The notes: generated by a model not told the origin, from the letters alone. 64,000 bases of DNA from Macrostomum hystrix (GCA_950097015.1 CATNEN010000011.1:2790001-2854000); one strand, 5' to 3'. Positions 9,701 through 18,368 are shown, numbered from the stretch's first letter. Numbers and translations are program-made.

Positions 9701-11461
9701 ATAGATATGATCATCATCATTTTCCATCGACGTATTGTAGTCACTTTTAGTCTGAGAAGATCTATCGTGCTTCGAGTAGTATGATTCGGTATTCACTGCT
9801 TTATCGTGTCCATTCTGTCCTTCAGATGAATTGACATGGGTTATGTTTTCGTATTCGGGATCAGGTTTGTACTTGGGTGTCGAAGGCGGTGTCTCTGTCA
9901 AGTCGATGTCATCGACTAAAATTTGTAACATGCTGATGTTTTCTTCAGACGTGTTGTGTGAATTTTTCGCACTGTGTTCCTCATTATTCCTTTCTGTGGA
10001 TGTGGACAATTCATCTATGCCTTCTTTGTTTTGCAGAATTTTTGAAAGATCACTCATCGTTGGAATTTTGAATAATCCTTTAATTTGTTGTTGTAATTGT
10101 TTTCGTTCAATGTGTTGACAGGTGTTGAAGGCAACACTTTCTCTTGGCGAGGGAGTCGATAATTCTTCAAACAATGAACCCATTATGCAGCTACTGTCGT
10201 TGCTTATGTTGTCGTTCTGTATTTTCTGTGTTGACTCATTGTTGTAGTAAAAATTGTTTTCTTCTGTATCCTCAGTTTCCTTTTGTGGCATGGGCGGCTC
10301 TTTCGAATGGTCGCTTTCGATTATAGTAATATAGGCTGCACCATCGTTGTCCAGATGAAGGTCATTGATTTCTTGCTCCTTCTTTTGTTTCTCAAGTTCA
10401 TCAAGAACATTGACGGAAAAGTCTGGCATAAGATCTTCAATCTTGAACTTTGGTTCAATAGTTTGAGTGTATTCAGGCTCAATAGCTTGAGTGTATTGTC
10501 GACGGACTTGCGTTGGTTGTCTTGGAGGTGGAGGATTTCTTTGTTGACGATAAGGTACGATGGCATTAGATGGTCTACTATCTTGTTGTCGACTATTTGT
10601 CCAATTACGGTTTGAAAGCTGTCTTGGAGGACGAGTCCAATTGGTCTGTCTATTGTCATTGTATGAACGTGGGTTGCCACGTGATCTGCAGTCTCTAGCA
10701 TAATGACCGATCCTTCCACAGGTGTAACAAGTTGATGTGTGCAAGTATCTCTGTTGTGGTTGTGGATAGGAATATCTCTGCTGTTGTGGTACAATAGCAG
10801 AAGTTTGGTGTTGCTGCATGAGTTTGCTTAATTGTTCTGCTAGTTGTGTCGTGTCACTATTATGAGTAGTCATAAGAGGTGCGCTAGCTTCCCATTGCAT
10901 TCCACAACGGAGCAATTGTTCCTCTGTGTTAATAGTTTCTCTCAGCAGTCTATCTCGCAAAGTAGGCTGTGCGTTGTTAATCACATGAAGTATTAAACTT
11001 TGTTCCCGGTCTTCAAGACGTTGTCTTTCTCGTGCAGCTGATTCGGCAGGTCCTATAGGTTGAGCTCCTTGATCCAATGGTGGAGGCTGATGTAATGCTT
11101 TGATGATCTTACGGATGTCATCAACAAAGGTGAGAAAACTCTCAGTGGGACTCATTTTTCGATTATGAAGTTTATGAAGGAGTACCGATCTGTTTGTTCC
11201 ACACCGTGCGAATTGTGCTCTCAGTTGGGTAACTAGAGCTTGATAATCTTGTTGTACTGCAGCTGTCAATTTTCCATAGATTTCTCGAGCTGTTCCTTGT
11301 AACAGTGGAGGTAGGAGGAGTGCTTTCTCTGCATTCTGTAATCCATATTCGCGTGAGACCAAATCAAAGTGATCAATGAATGTGTTGAAATCTTTATCCA
11401 TTGTATACATTCCGACCGTTTCCTTAATGTCACGATGGACCTGATAGTTTCTTCGTGCCAT
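3782..11461 (-). CDS. Single Gag-Env-Pol polyprotein (~2559 aa from ATG 11461)
   Basis: Gag CCHC knuckle CYTCGRIGHYARDC (~10688-10729). Hydrophobic signal-like stretch (~9385-9450), RKKR (8441-8452), TM (~7585-7650). PR LLDSGS (~7250), RT YVDD (~5987-5998), RNase H TDAS (~5540). IN with HHCC (~4830-4940), D..D..E core and GPF motif (~4030). No stop or frameshift in between. Confidence 0.95.
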   Translation of the reverse strand: MARRNYQVHRDIKETVGMYTMDKDFNTFIDHFDLVSREYGLQNAEKALLLPPLLQGTAREIYGKLTAAVQQDYQALVTQLRAQFARCGTNRSVLLHKLHNRKMSPTESFLTFVDDIRKIIKALHQPPPLDQGAQPIGPAESAARERQRLEDREQSLILHVINNAQPTLRDRLLRETINTEEQLLRCGMQWEASAPLMTTHNSDTTQLAEQLSKLMQQHQTSAIVPQQQRYSYPQPQQRYLHTSTCYTCGRIGHYARDCRSRGNPRSYNDNRQTNWTRPPRQLSNRNWTNSRQQDSRPSNAIVPYRQQRNPPPPRQPTQVRRQYTQAIEPEYTQTIEPKFKIEDLMPDFSVNVLDELEKQKKEQEINDLHLDNDGAAYITIIESDHSKEPPMPQKETEDTEENNFYYNNESTQKIQNDNISNDSSCIMGSLFEELSTPSPRESVAFNTCQHIERKQLQQQIKGLFKIPTMSDLSKILQNKEGIDELSTSTERNNEEHSAKNSHNTSEENISMLQILVDDIDLTETPPSTPKYKPDPEYENITHVNSSEGQNGHDKAVNTESYYSKHDRSSQTKSDYNTSMENDDDHIYDEPTTWIDMRTDTTSTVLQTLNTPLTFNMKQPTWYNQQTRPSGCNNPWHFSMRLTPPIGETEDQRYSINTNKPTTPTKVKKKKRHILIRWLFSAIVMLLLPTVVPSSVPMICPTDANIQPVIYKIPTEIKCSYFKTNQTKPIPLTIDVYKANTKKHRQYGIICFRDKHELEKVWYIQWNRIRFWQTALPVTQEECLQWNQTLFSKDGELHADEKIGNSQLFRTKNSASGRYVHWNEYIWPRYTTTNSYLIRKVLFYHNPFENMESLQLSMEDCKYNTGFCETAKLWNEAVWQVPLAPTYHQNYKWQIEHRHSPYYEITEYQRQYFVAWKVEPNIDCKFQKYHTIKGSLLSNTFLASTSDFALTFPKKAKYLQINCKENSKKLLVSEQEIPLELRDMDEDTFMRLVNGTYSTRTNTARKKRELQRPSMVSARLLAAKLAAMEHNLHKELNYLHKSLIQLTCRMHETALNYARQNYYVNPTSTFRKITGIQDALAIPISGHLLIYKCVPLHHFNILPSNTSTTCYDKPRIEAYYNGKRIQGFLDTVHNIIVGTAIPRPCTDAVNYFNINNKLHKVSTTGHITNITGMQAIIDETYELSDLQLKINKTTYKPFGDIKLDEITPGWTINDFLQVFIAQRQMMKKLFTQHNQQDKEQSFSTGFIIHNAIGSFWSNSFLDLLQGKGSYYQGFIFSSACIVWIHLALMIFITVVRCVARAYPAKQRIFQIDKQQETTTLNEKIEETLLQDQRKQLLPTAPEPEASNIYPKIEIRTARPPPKSPPLPTDPKWPANYICTLQANMGRAMAQVFINNMPSKALLDSGSSITVITKRLYDKLQLHMRPSSIAVAGAGGHALNILGQVNISLKLANKQLLVQAFVIDHLPSQDVIIGIDTFRQMNLPLTFDFNKQTFKLDNVEHPLVSQVHLQPKVHIKQDVFIQPESTCWVKAYLANHDDVEEAMIFEPRKKILTTKEVLIPTALVLITKERNIPVQIINPNQHPVKIYAGTCMGHLNTQASVMLIQPDTTTKMSKQKFLQQIDLSQSPITEGQKTQVKDLLWKYNDVFCHHDYDIGCARDIKQKIELLPHQEPIQCKPYPVAKHLQQHFDEIIEKMLKAGIIKRTVSAYSSPCLLVEKKETNERRLVCDFRVLNKYIPTDQQSLPKISELLARLNTATLFTVFDLRHGFWQIELEEESKQYTAFKTYKGEVFAYQRSPMGISNSPATMSRLTAYMLAGCTNLLHYVDDILAFGNNFEQLVKVMEQALFLLRQQGLKLQPTKCKFCRDSVRYLGHHVSSRGISPDPNNVDKVKKFPKPTSITKLQSFLGLAQYFRKFLPNFAQTAKPLYELLKIPKWKEDNWKAEQQESFDRIKQQLTSDALLKHPNFHKPFIIETDASGSGLGAVLLQEMEPKKEKPIAYISRALRPNETKWSATERELLAVLFALRQFHYYIYGSPLPTIIRTDHAPLTHVVKTKGQTNNRLIRMVLKIQDYNFHLVYKPGPMNKAADALSRTYEINAVHPIPTIKDLLKAQQDDSFYKAIQEDTEETENELTKIEKQFLRKHKNSLVFRELALYWVYNNIPRLYLPYTFRSAILHELHDSPLAGHLSAKKTIQRVAQFYFWPTINLDIRKYCTQCHSCASTKIGRRQKPEFQSVPKTTTWDTVSIDITGPLPPARQHSIDYNYILTALDVFSKFAVAIPIPDITATTVAMAFYNEIICKFGTPKTLTSDNGTQFTSQLFQQAAKLLNIQQIFTSTYNPKANLVERFHRNLHEMLTHFVYKQPEDWIIYIQSVTMAYNSAVHRSTENTPFFLMFSRDFQPPNLLVQKLLPSQYVDTPTTLQKFTSQLHLAWQIAKHNLDNQSTVPTTSNHASTLQVGDIVYLHYPAQHTHKHAFKYKGPFRVTGLISATTARLANIQDPHQPQFYVHIQRLKRITNDTTFLPTLQNPDHTKTTNKHIATAHAETQTTNTPPNTHTYNLRPR
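7560..9465 (-). other. Envelope glycoprotein domain (class III fusion protein, herpesvirus gB/chuvirus G-like) embedded in the polyprotein
   Basis: Signal peptide, 12 ectodomain Cys, six N-X-S/T sequons, furin-type RKKR and a C-terminal TM. NPTSTFRKITGIQDALAIPISGHLLIYKC resembles the gB motif NPTxxxxxxxGxxxxAxxxGDxxxxxxC. Confidence 0.8.
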
Positions 11462-11975
11462 ATTCGCAACTGGGAACGGAAATAATTCAAGTTCTGGATC
11501 GATGTTCAAGGGTTCGTCCAGATTGACTTCTCTGACAAGATTTAGTGTGAATAAAAAGTGTGTGTGTGTGCGTGTGCGTGTGTATCAGCAAATTGAAAAT
11601 GGTTTACACAGAGGAATTATTTACTCAGGACAAGGGAGAAAAATTTATACAAAGCAGGGAACGTATGCCGCTTTTAACGCTGAAAAGGGGTTATTGAAAT
11701 GTGAGCCGGTGAGTTCAGTCGCGCGATTCCCAGGTGTGCAAACAATAGAGCGAAGTGACGCGTGTGGCTTATGTGCAAACAATATCCGGTAGGGACAGCA
11801 AAATTTTTCAGAGGGATGACGCAACAAAATTTTTATGAAACGGTGGATTATTTTAAATCAAAAGCAAAATTAATAAGTTGCAAAAATTTTTTTTCCTTTT
11901 TTTTTTATGTTAAAACAATTCGAAAGGGGTACCGCAAAAAATGTTTTGTATCTCGGCCTGGGCTTGATTGCAGGG

Positions 11976-11992
11976 CCTGGGCGAGATCACCA
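11976..11992 (-). other. Primer-binding site, probably tRNA-Val
   Basis: TGGTGATCTCGCCCAGG begins 2 nt after the 5' LTR. It is complementary to ...CCUGGGCGAGAUCACCA, which matches the tRNA-Val 3' end as I recall it from yeast (CCUGGGCGAAAUCACCA) with one mismatch. Confidence 0.75.
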
Positions 11993-11994
11993 GT

Positions 11995-13022
11995 TGAAGA
12001 GTTTTGCGTGTTGATCAGACACACGAAACTCCCACTTCTAGACAATGGGGAACAATTGCCTAGGAATTTATAACAGTCACGTGACACTTACTGCAATTGC
12101 TTCTTCTTCCTTAAGTAGTTCGTAGTCTTCTGGGTCCTTGAAATCCGGTAGTTCTTCTTCTTCTGGTCGACCGTGAGGTTTCGAGTCTGTGTTTCTTGAG
12201 TCTTGGTAGTCTTGTCTTCTTTTGTCTTCCTGGCAGCTGCTTGAGTTTGTCTGTTGGCCAATAAATGACGAGAGCGAATCAGATTACTTTTCGGTTTCCT
12301 CGAGCTCGGAATTCACAATAGAAACGTGCGCCCTAGTGAACAATTGAAATCTTTCTTGTATATCTCTAGTAGGTCCTCCTGAAGGGCGTCTTCTTCGTTA
12401 CCTCCGAAAGATAACGGATAACTCAAATCAAATCAATCAATAATCCTCTAGGAATGTATCCTAGGAAACAAGGAGGCCTTTCTCAAATGTATCGACGATA
12501 TGTGGCTCTCGTAAACTTAGTTCAATTCAACAACTATTGCTAGCAATAAATTACTCTGTCTAGTAAAGCGCTTACCACTTGTCTTTCCCTCAGAGATGAG
12601 TCCTCTTCTTCGTAAGGTGTTTTGAAGTCCGGTGGACCGCTCCGAGTCTGAATTTTTAGCTCGGATTTTCGCTTGTATTTATAGCAAAACCTTGGGGAAA
12701 AACCGGTTCTACTACCGGGTGTTTACTTAGGTCACACATATTTGTTTAGTGAGTCATGATTGTGAGTTTTTACCATATTTGGAATACAGTGCAAACACAG
12801 ACGCAGAACCCGATGAGTCATAATTGTTTGCTTTACCATATTTGGAATTCAAGCAAACACAGCTGTCAAGAACCGGTTCTCCGGTTTCATGTCACATGAC
12901 TGTTTCTAAAAATAGCGTATGACTCATTCCTAAAAATAGATTAAATGTTGTAGCTAAGAGTTCCTTATGGCATTACTTTAAGTAGCGCGTTAAGCAAAAA
13001 GCACATTTTACAACTCTCTACA
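11995..13022 (-). repeat. 5' LTR (1028 bp)
   Basis: Direct repeat of 905-1932, followed by the PBS on the element strand. Confidence 0.96.
12645..12940 (-). promoter_or_regulatory. LTR U3 promoter/enhancer: TATA box and clustered MEF2, CArG and AP-1 motifs
   Basis: TATAAATA (minus, 12676-12683) with TCAG about 30 nt downstream. CTAAAAATAG x2 (12906, 12930), CCATATTTGG x2 (12773, 12836), TGA(G/C)TCA x3 (12750, 12814, 12920). Confidence 0.55.
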
Positions 13023-13370
13023 ACGATTGCAGATACGATTCTCTGTCGGTCCTTCTCCGATACTGTAGTGTAGTGCCAGCGCAGCATAGTGGTTGATGAC
13101 CTCTGTTCTCTTGTACATGCCAGATTTGCGCTGTAGGCAAAGGCTAACTATGAATCCTCGATTTCGACCACAGACAACAGAATGAAACAACTCCAATCGA
13201 TTTCCCCGGAGAGTATGCTTAAAACACATTGAATTGAGGGAAATCAATTGGACTTAAGGGAATTCATTTGGACTTATCTATGTTCGAGAAGGCTGGTTGG
13301 GCCCTCGCTTTCGACTTCAGCTAATGGGGAAATCAATTGGCTTTTTTGCGAAATCAATTGACAAAAGGTA
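13023..13370 (-). mobile_element. 5' end of the Tc1-like element interrupted by the LTR element (N-terminal codons + terminal region)
   Basis: ATG at 13087 gives MLRWHYTTVSEKDRQRIVSA, which joins YVRGEDW at 904. Three GAAATCAATTG direct repeats (~13240, 13330, 13350) and a TA at ~13370 suggest an IR/DR terminus. Confidence 0.7.
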
Positions 13371-13425
13371 TATTATTTACGTTCAATGTTCGTTAATACT
13401 TGTTTTATATTGAAAAAAACCCCAG

Positions 13426-13913
13426 GCAGCACAACTGGTCACTGGCTAGTATCGTTTCTGGATCCAAAAGATGCTCAACTAGATTCAAAGTCTCGCATTC
13501 TAAACGGCATAGCCCAATCTTTGCGCCCGATGCATGTTAGCGTTGCTCGAGTTCTGCTTAACGACGCCTCGCTAGCTACGACTGGTAGATTCTCGGCTTC
13601 GTCAAATAGTTTGCTGTTACTCCGGTCCGGCGCTTATTATAATGTGCCGCATCATCTGCACAGCTGGCGCCTAGTCCTAGCCTTCGCCAGGCATGGCTAT
13701 TCCGATGCTAAACGCATCCAGGTACCATCGGCACCTACACCATTCGACCATGCTGTAGATGCCGCTGTAGCTTTTCTATTGTCATTCAATGGAGTTGCCG
13801 TGTCGCCTGTACACATCGCCATTTGCGCTGGACTGTTTGTCCTACTAGCTGGCATTATTGGCTTGTGCCTCTGCGCTAAGAAAGGATTGGCTAAAGTAAC
13901 AAAGACCGATTAG
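13426..13913 (+). CDS. Terminal exon of an unidentified single-pass membrane protein (upstream exons outside the window)
   Basis: Acceptor cccag at 13425; open frame ending in hydrophobic IAICAGLFVLLAGIIGLCLCA + basic KK tail. Confidence 0.5.
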
Positions 13914-14585
13914 CTTTTTCGTATTTGGCCAAAGTATATAAATATCTATCATAATGCTATTGCTACAGCTGTTCAGTCCATAGACTTGTTTCCCAAAATA
14001 TGACATATTTAAACAAAAGTTGCTCACAAAATACAAAAAAATCAATAGTTTAACACTTAAAAAGGGCCTTTCGCCTAAATAGTCGGAAATCAGAAATTAC
14101 TTTAAGTAAAAACTAAATTTTAGAGGCTTCTAATCTAATTAAACATTTTAATAGCATAGACACGTTGGTAAAAATAGCGTCAATTTTAGGCTTTAATAAA
14201 GTTACGTTTTTTAGTTATAAAATGTATCGTTTATATTCCAGTATTCTCATTTTTACTTGTTCAATATTGTCTATTGTTAACATGCTTTATGGACTAACTA
14301 AATATATATGATGTTGTGCTTTTTGTGAGATATGAGCATACATTTCTTTTGAATTTTTGGGACAATTGTTTCGTCTTGTTGCTTTCCAAAGTGAGTGATA
14401 ATAAAAATCTAGATCGATTGTATTTATTTAAAGCTTTGTCACTATTTTAAGCTTCTTTATTTTAGAAAAGTGTATCTGAAGCAGACTATACTGTTTGTTA
14501 GTCTGTAACAAATTAATTATTAAGTAAAATAATTTGGAATAAAAAATATGAGCAAATGTCGATGACGTAATAAAAAAATTTACAG

Positions 14586-16528
14586 CGTCAGCAACAGCAG
14601 CAGACGCGGCAGCGCGAGGCTGTCGACGAACTGCGTCGGCTACGTCAGCAGCAGCTCGAATCTAAGCTGGCCGCCGAAGCGGACCGCCTGCAGCGTCAGC
14701 GCGAGGAGGCCAACAGGCTGCGCGCGGAGAAGGCTGCACAGGCCGAGGCTCGCAGGCGGCGAGTGCTGGAGACCGCGCAGCGCCTTCACGAGGAGCGACT
14801 GAAACGGCTGCTACTGCCAAAGACTCTGGCGCCATCTGCTCCTGCTGCTGCTGCCGCTGCCGCATCTTCTGCTGTTAAACGACCTCCGCCGATGTCCGTT
14901 AAGAAAGCGATTACGTCAACTATTGTCAAGATTGCTGTAGAACGTCAGCTCTCGCCATCGTCTCCAATTTACGAGCCGGAGCCGGTTGCGGTTGAACAGT
15001 CGACTGAGGCTCGCATGATGCACTTTAAAGTTTGCGATAGCGGCGGTAGTCTGGTAAGCTTAGTCTGTTAGGGCTCTCAAACATTTTAACATATATATAT
15101 ATATACTGCCCCTCCCTCGGGCCCCATTTCATTATTTCCTTATCCTCATATATTATTCCACTTCTCCTTATGCCACATTCCGCCCCTCAGGTTCCATTCC
15201 GCCCCTCCCTCAGGTCCCATTCCTCCACTCCACCAGGTCCCGTTCCTCCCCTTCCTCAGGTCCCGTTCCTCCCATCAGGTCCCATTCCGCGCATCCCTCA
15301 GGTCCCATTCCGCCCCTCCACTAGGTCCCGTTCCTCCCCTTCCTCAGGTCCCGTTCCTCCCATCAGGTCCCATTCCGCGCATCCCTCAGGTCCCATTCCA
15401 CCCCTCCATCAGGTCCCATTCCGTCCCTCCATCAGGTCCCATTCCGCCCCTCCATCAGGTCCCATTCCGCCCCTCCATCAGGTCCCATTCCTCCCCTCCC
15501 TCAGGTCCCATTCCGCGCATCCCTCAGGTCCCATTCCGCCCCTCCATCAGGTCCCATTCCGCCCCTCCATCAGGTCCGATTCCTCCCCTCCATCAGGTCC
15601 CATTCCGCGCATCCCTCAGGTCCCATTCCGCGCATCCCTCAGGTCCCATTCCGCCCCTCCATCAGGTCCCATTCCGTCCCTCCATCAGGTCCCATTCCGT
15701 CCCTCCATCAGGTCCCATTCCGCCCATCCCTCAGGTCCCATTCCGCCCCTCCATCAGGTCCCATTCCTCCCCTCCATCAGGTCCCATTCCGCCTCTAATT
15801 ATTTAACTGCGAGTATTTAATTAAAACATTCACTTTGTAATCCCCAAACAAATCAGGTACTGCTTCGTTGCGACTTAAAAGAGCTAGACCAAAAGCAGCA
15901 GCAGCAACAGCGGCATCAATCCGGGCACAATGATCTACAAGCTCCAATAGATGAATGGTTGCCTGATTCAGCCAACCCACTGCCGCCTTTATTTAATCTA
16001 ACAGCTACTGAGTCAACTAACGCTATGGAATTGGAGGAAACCAATGCTGAGACTGAATCAACTGAAGCACATGCAGTCCCGGTTGAAGAAGCTGACGAGC
16101 AACAACAAGACGATTACGGAGATGCCACAGACGACACCGACGAACAGTTTAGTCGAGCAGAATTCGCCGACGATGCCCTAGCTGACTGGGTGACCGAGGA
16201 TAATTTGTACAGGCTTTTTTCTAAACAAAAATTCGACGGCCCGGCCTGGTGGCGAGTGTTTCGGCCTGTGGATGTCGGCATTCGCTTAGCCGAATGTCTT
16301 TACTGCGCATTTGAAGATGTCGACTATGCGAAATTAGATCATGCAGCCCATGACGACTGCGATAATAATAATCTGAGCTGCTCCGGCGAAGGTGACTGTC
16401 GGCCAGACGGCGACTCGGACGCCTCCGCTAGACGACGCCGTCGATGGCTAGAGCGGCGAGGCAGTTCCGCTCTCTGGCGAACTCCGCCGAGCGATGTTGT
16501 TAAACGATTGCTCAATGATGCTCGATAA
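14586..16528 (+). CDS. Uncharacterised coiled-coil/acidic protein (exons 14586-15053, 15857-16528; start not identified)
   Basis: ttacag acceptor; E/R/Q/A-rich heptads; ctg|gtaag donor joined in phase 0 to atcag|gtactg; acidic second exon ending at a stop. Confidence 0.6.
15170..15795 (+). repeat. 23-bp minisatellite (caggtcccattccgcccctccat)n, intronic
   Basis: Direct reading of the tandem units. Confidence 0.95.
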
Positions 16529-16599
16529 GTGTTTTGTTCCTTGAAATTGCTCTTTTTTACACTAGAACTTAATGACACTGAGGAAAATGGGGAATTTTT

Positions 16600-17455
16600 G
16601 GGATTGGAGAGTTTAGGAAATGAGGAGTTTAGGGATTTGGGAGTTCAGGAAATGAGGAGTTTAGGGATTGGGGAGTTCAGGAAATGAGGAGTTTAGGGAT
16701 TTGGGAGTTAGGAAATAAGGAGTTTAGGGATTCTGGAGTTCAGGAAATGAGGAGTTTAGGGATTGGGGAGTTCAGGAAATGAGGAGTTTAGGGATTTGGG
16801 AGTTTAGGAAATGAGGAGTTTATGGATTGGGGAGTTTAGGAAATGAGGAGTTTAGGGATTGGGGATTTGGGAGTTCAGGAAATGAGGAGTTTAGGGATTT
16901 AGGAGTTTAGGAAATGAGGAGTTTAGGGATTTGGGAGTTTAGGTAATAAGGAGTTTAGGGATTCTGGAGTTCAGGAAATGAGGAGTTTAGGGATTGGGGA
17001 GTTCAGGAAATGAGGAGTTTAGGGATTTAGGAGTTTAGGAAATGAGGAGTTTATGGATTGGGGAGTTTAGGAAATGAGGAGTTTAGGGATTGGGGATTTG
17101 GGAGTTCAGGAAATGAGGAGTTTAGGGATTTAGGAGTTTAGGAAATGAGGAGTTTAGGGATTTGGGAGTTTAGGAAATGAGGAGTTTAGGGATTGGGGAG
17201 TTTAGGAAATAAGGAGTTTAGGGATTTGGGAGTTTAGGAAATGAGGAGTTTAGGGATTGGGGAGTTTAGGAAATGAGGAGTTTAGGGATTGGGGAGTTTA
17301 GGAAATGAGGAGTTTAGGGATTTGGGAGTTTAGGAAATGAGGAGTTTAGGGATTTGGGAGTTTAGGAAATGAGGAGTTTAGGGATTTGGGAGTTTAGGAA
17401 ATAAGGAGTTTAGGGATTCTGGAGTTCAGGAAATGAGGAGTTTAGGGATTGGGTA
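16600..17455 (+). repeat. ~32-bp G-rich minisatellite (ggagtttaggaaatgaggagtttagggatttg)n
   Basis: Tandem units built from two 16-bp subunits. Confidence 0.95.
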
Positions 17456-18129
17456 CGAGTAGTTAAGGTATCATCGAGTTTATTATTTAGGATGTTAGAG
17501 TTATGGGATTTTAAACTTTCGTGAATCGTGCAGTGACTATCTGTGCCCAGATGTTAGTACCTAAGAGTCAAATGGTTTTTAGTTTTTAGTTTAATAATCT
17601 CACTAAAGTTTTTATAGTCTAAAACAAGCATTTACTAAGCCGAAATAATCACTATATTTCAGGCATTTAGGTAAGACTCTAAGGTTTTTATCATTGCTAC
17701 TGAACTATTTCGCCTTTGCTGTAAATAACTTTTACATATAAGCAATCGAATGGTGCTTGCAAATGCTTACATAGCAACTGATTTACACTAATGCTTCTTA
17801 TTGTTTATTGAAATATTTTTACTTAGCCCAGTCTGTCTGTTTTGCCAAATGAAAGTCATTTAGTTTTTATTCTTACCATTATATGCACAAATAAATTGTA
17901 CATACTGTTGTCTTTTTGTACTTTCTCGGTCTAGTTGACAAAAATAAACAAAAATTATACAAATAGGTGTACAACAAAATTGTAGATATTTCATTAAAAA
18001 AGGCCACACTGAGTAATGCTTATATTTGACCGTTTTTGTACTTTCAGTTTGCGCTTTAAGCTAGGCATTTAAACTTCCCATTGCTTCAGTTCACACATTG
18101 TTAGCGTGGCTGTATGTACATCTAGTCTA

Positions 18130-18250
18130 GCTAATGCTGGGTGAAGTTGAATTTATTGCCTTGGTAAATAGTACAGATTCTTCTATTGGATTCTTGAATC
18201 GAACCGACGACCATCATAGCCATGAGTCCAACGCTCTAACCATAAGGCGA
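18130..18250 (-). mobile_element. Degenerate tRNA-derived SINE (CORE-like) fragment
   Basis: Minus strand has a tRNA-like head (ATGGTTAGAGC...GGTTCGATTC) followed by TTCACCCAGC, as in the copy at 45417. Confidence 0.45.
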
Positions 18251-18368
18251 CAATCAACCCATTCTACTAATCTACTTATAGTATTTTAATAATTAAGACG
18301 TTAGCGTCTTTTGCACAGCTAAATTGGTCATCTAAGCATGCAGTCCGTCCAGAGTTGGCTCGCTTCTT

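Larger units (their letters stand above)
905..13022 (-). mobile_element. Full-length env-bearing Ty3/gypsy (Metaviridae-like) LTR retroelement, 12,118 bp
   Basis: Two LTRs with TG...CA ends, TSD ACGA (901-904 and 13023-13026), PBS and PPT. Pol domain order PR-RT-RH-IN; all internal ORFs are open. Confidence 0.96.

Noticed and set aside
4546-11490. Numerous short alternative-frame and antisense ORFs overlapping the polyprotein
   Set aside because: Short, no motifs, expected by chance within a long coding region.
16600-17455. Interstitial telomere
   Set aside because: TTAGGG occurs only once per 32-bp unit, not as pure tandem hexamers.
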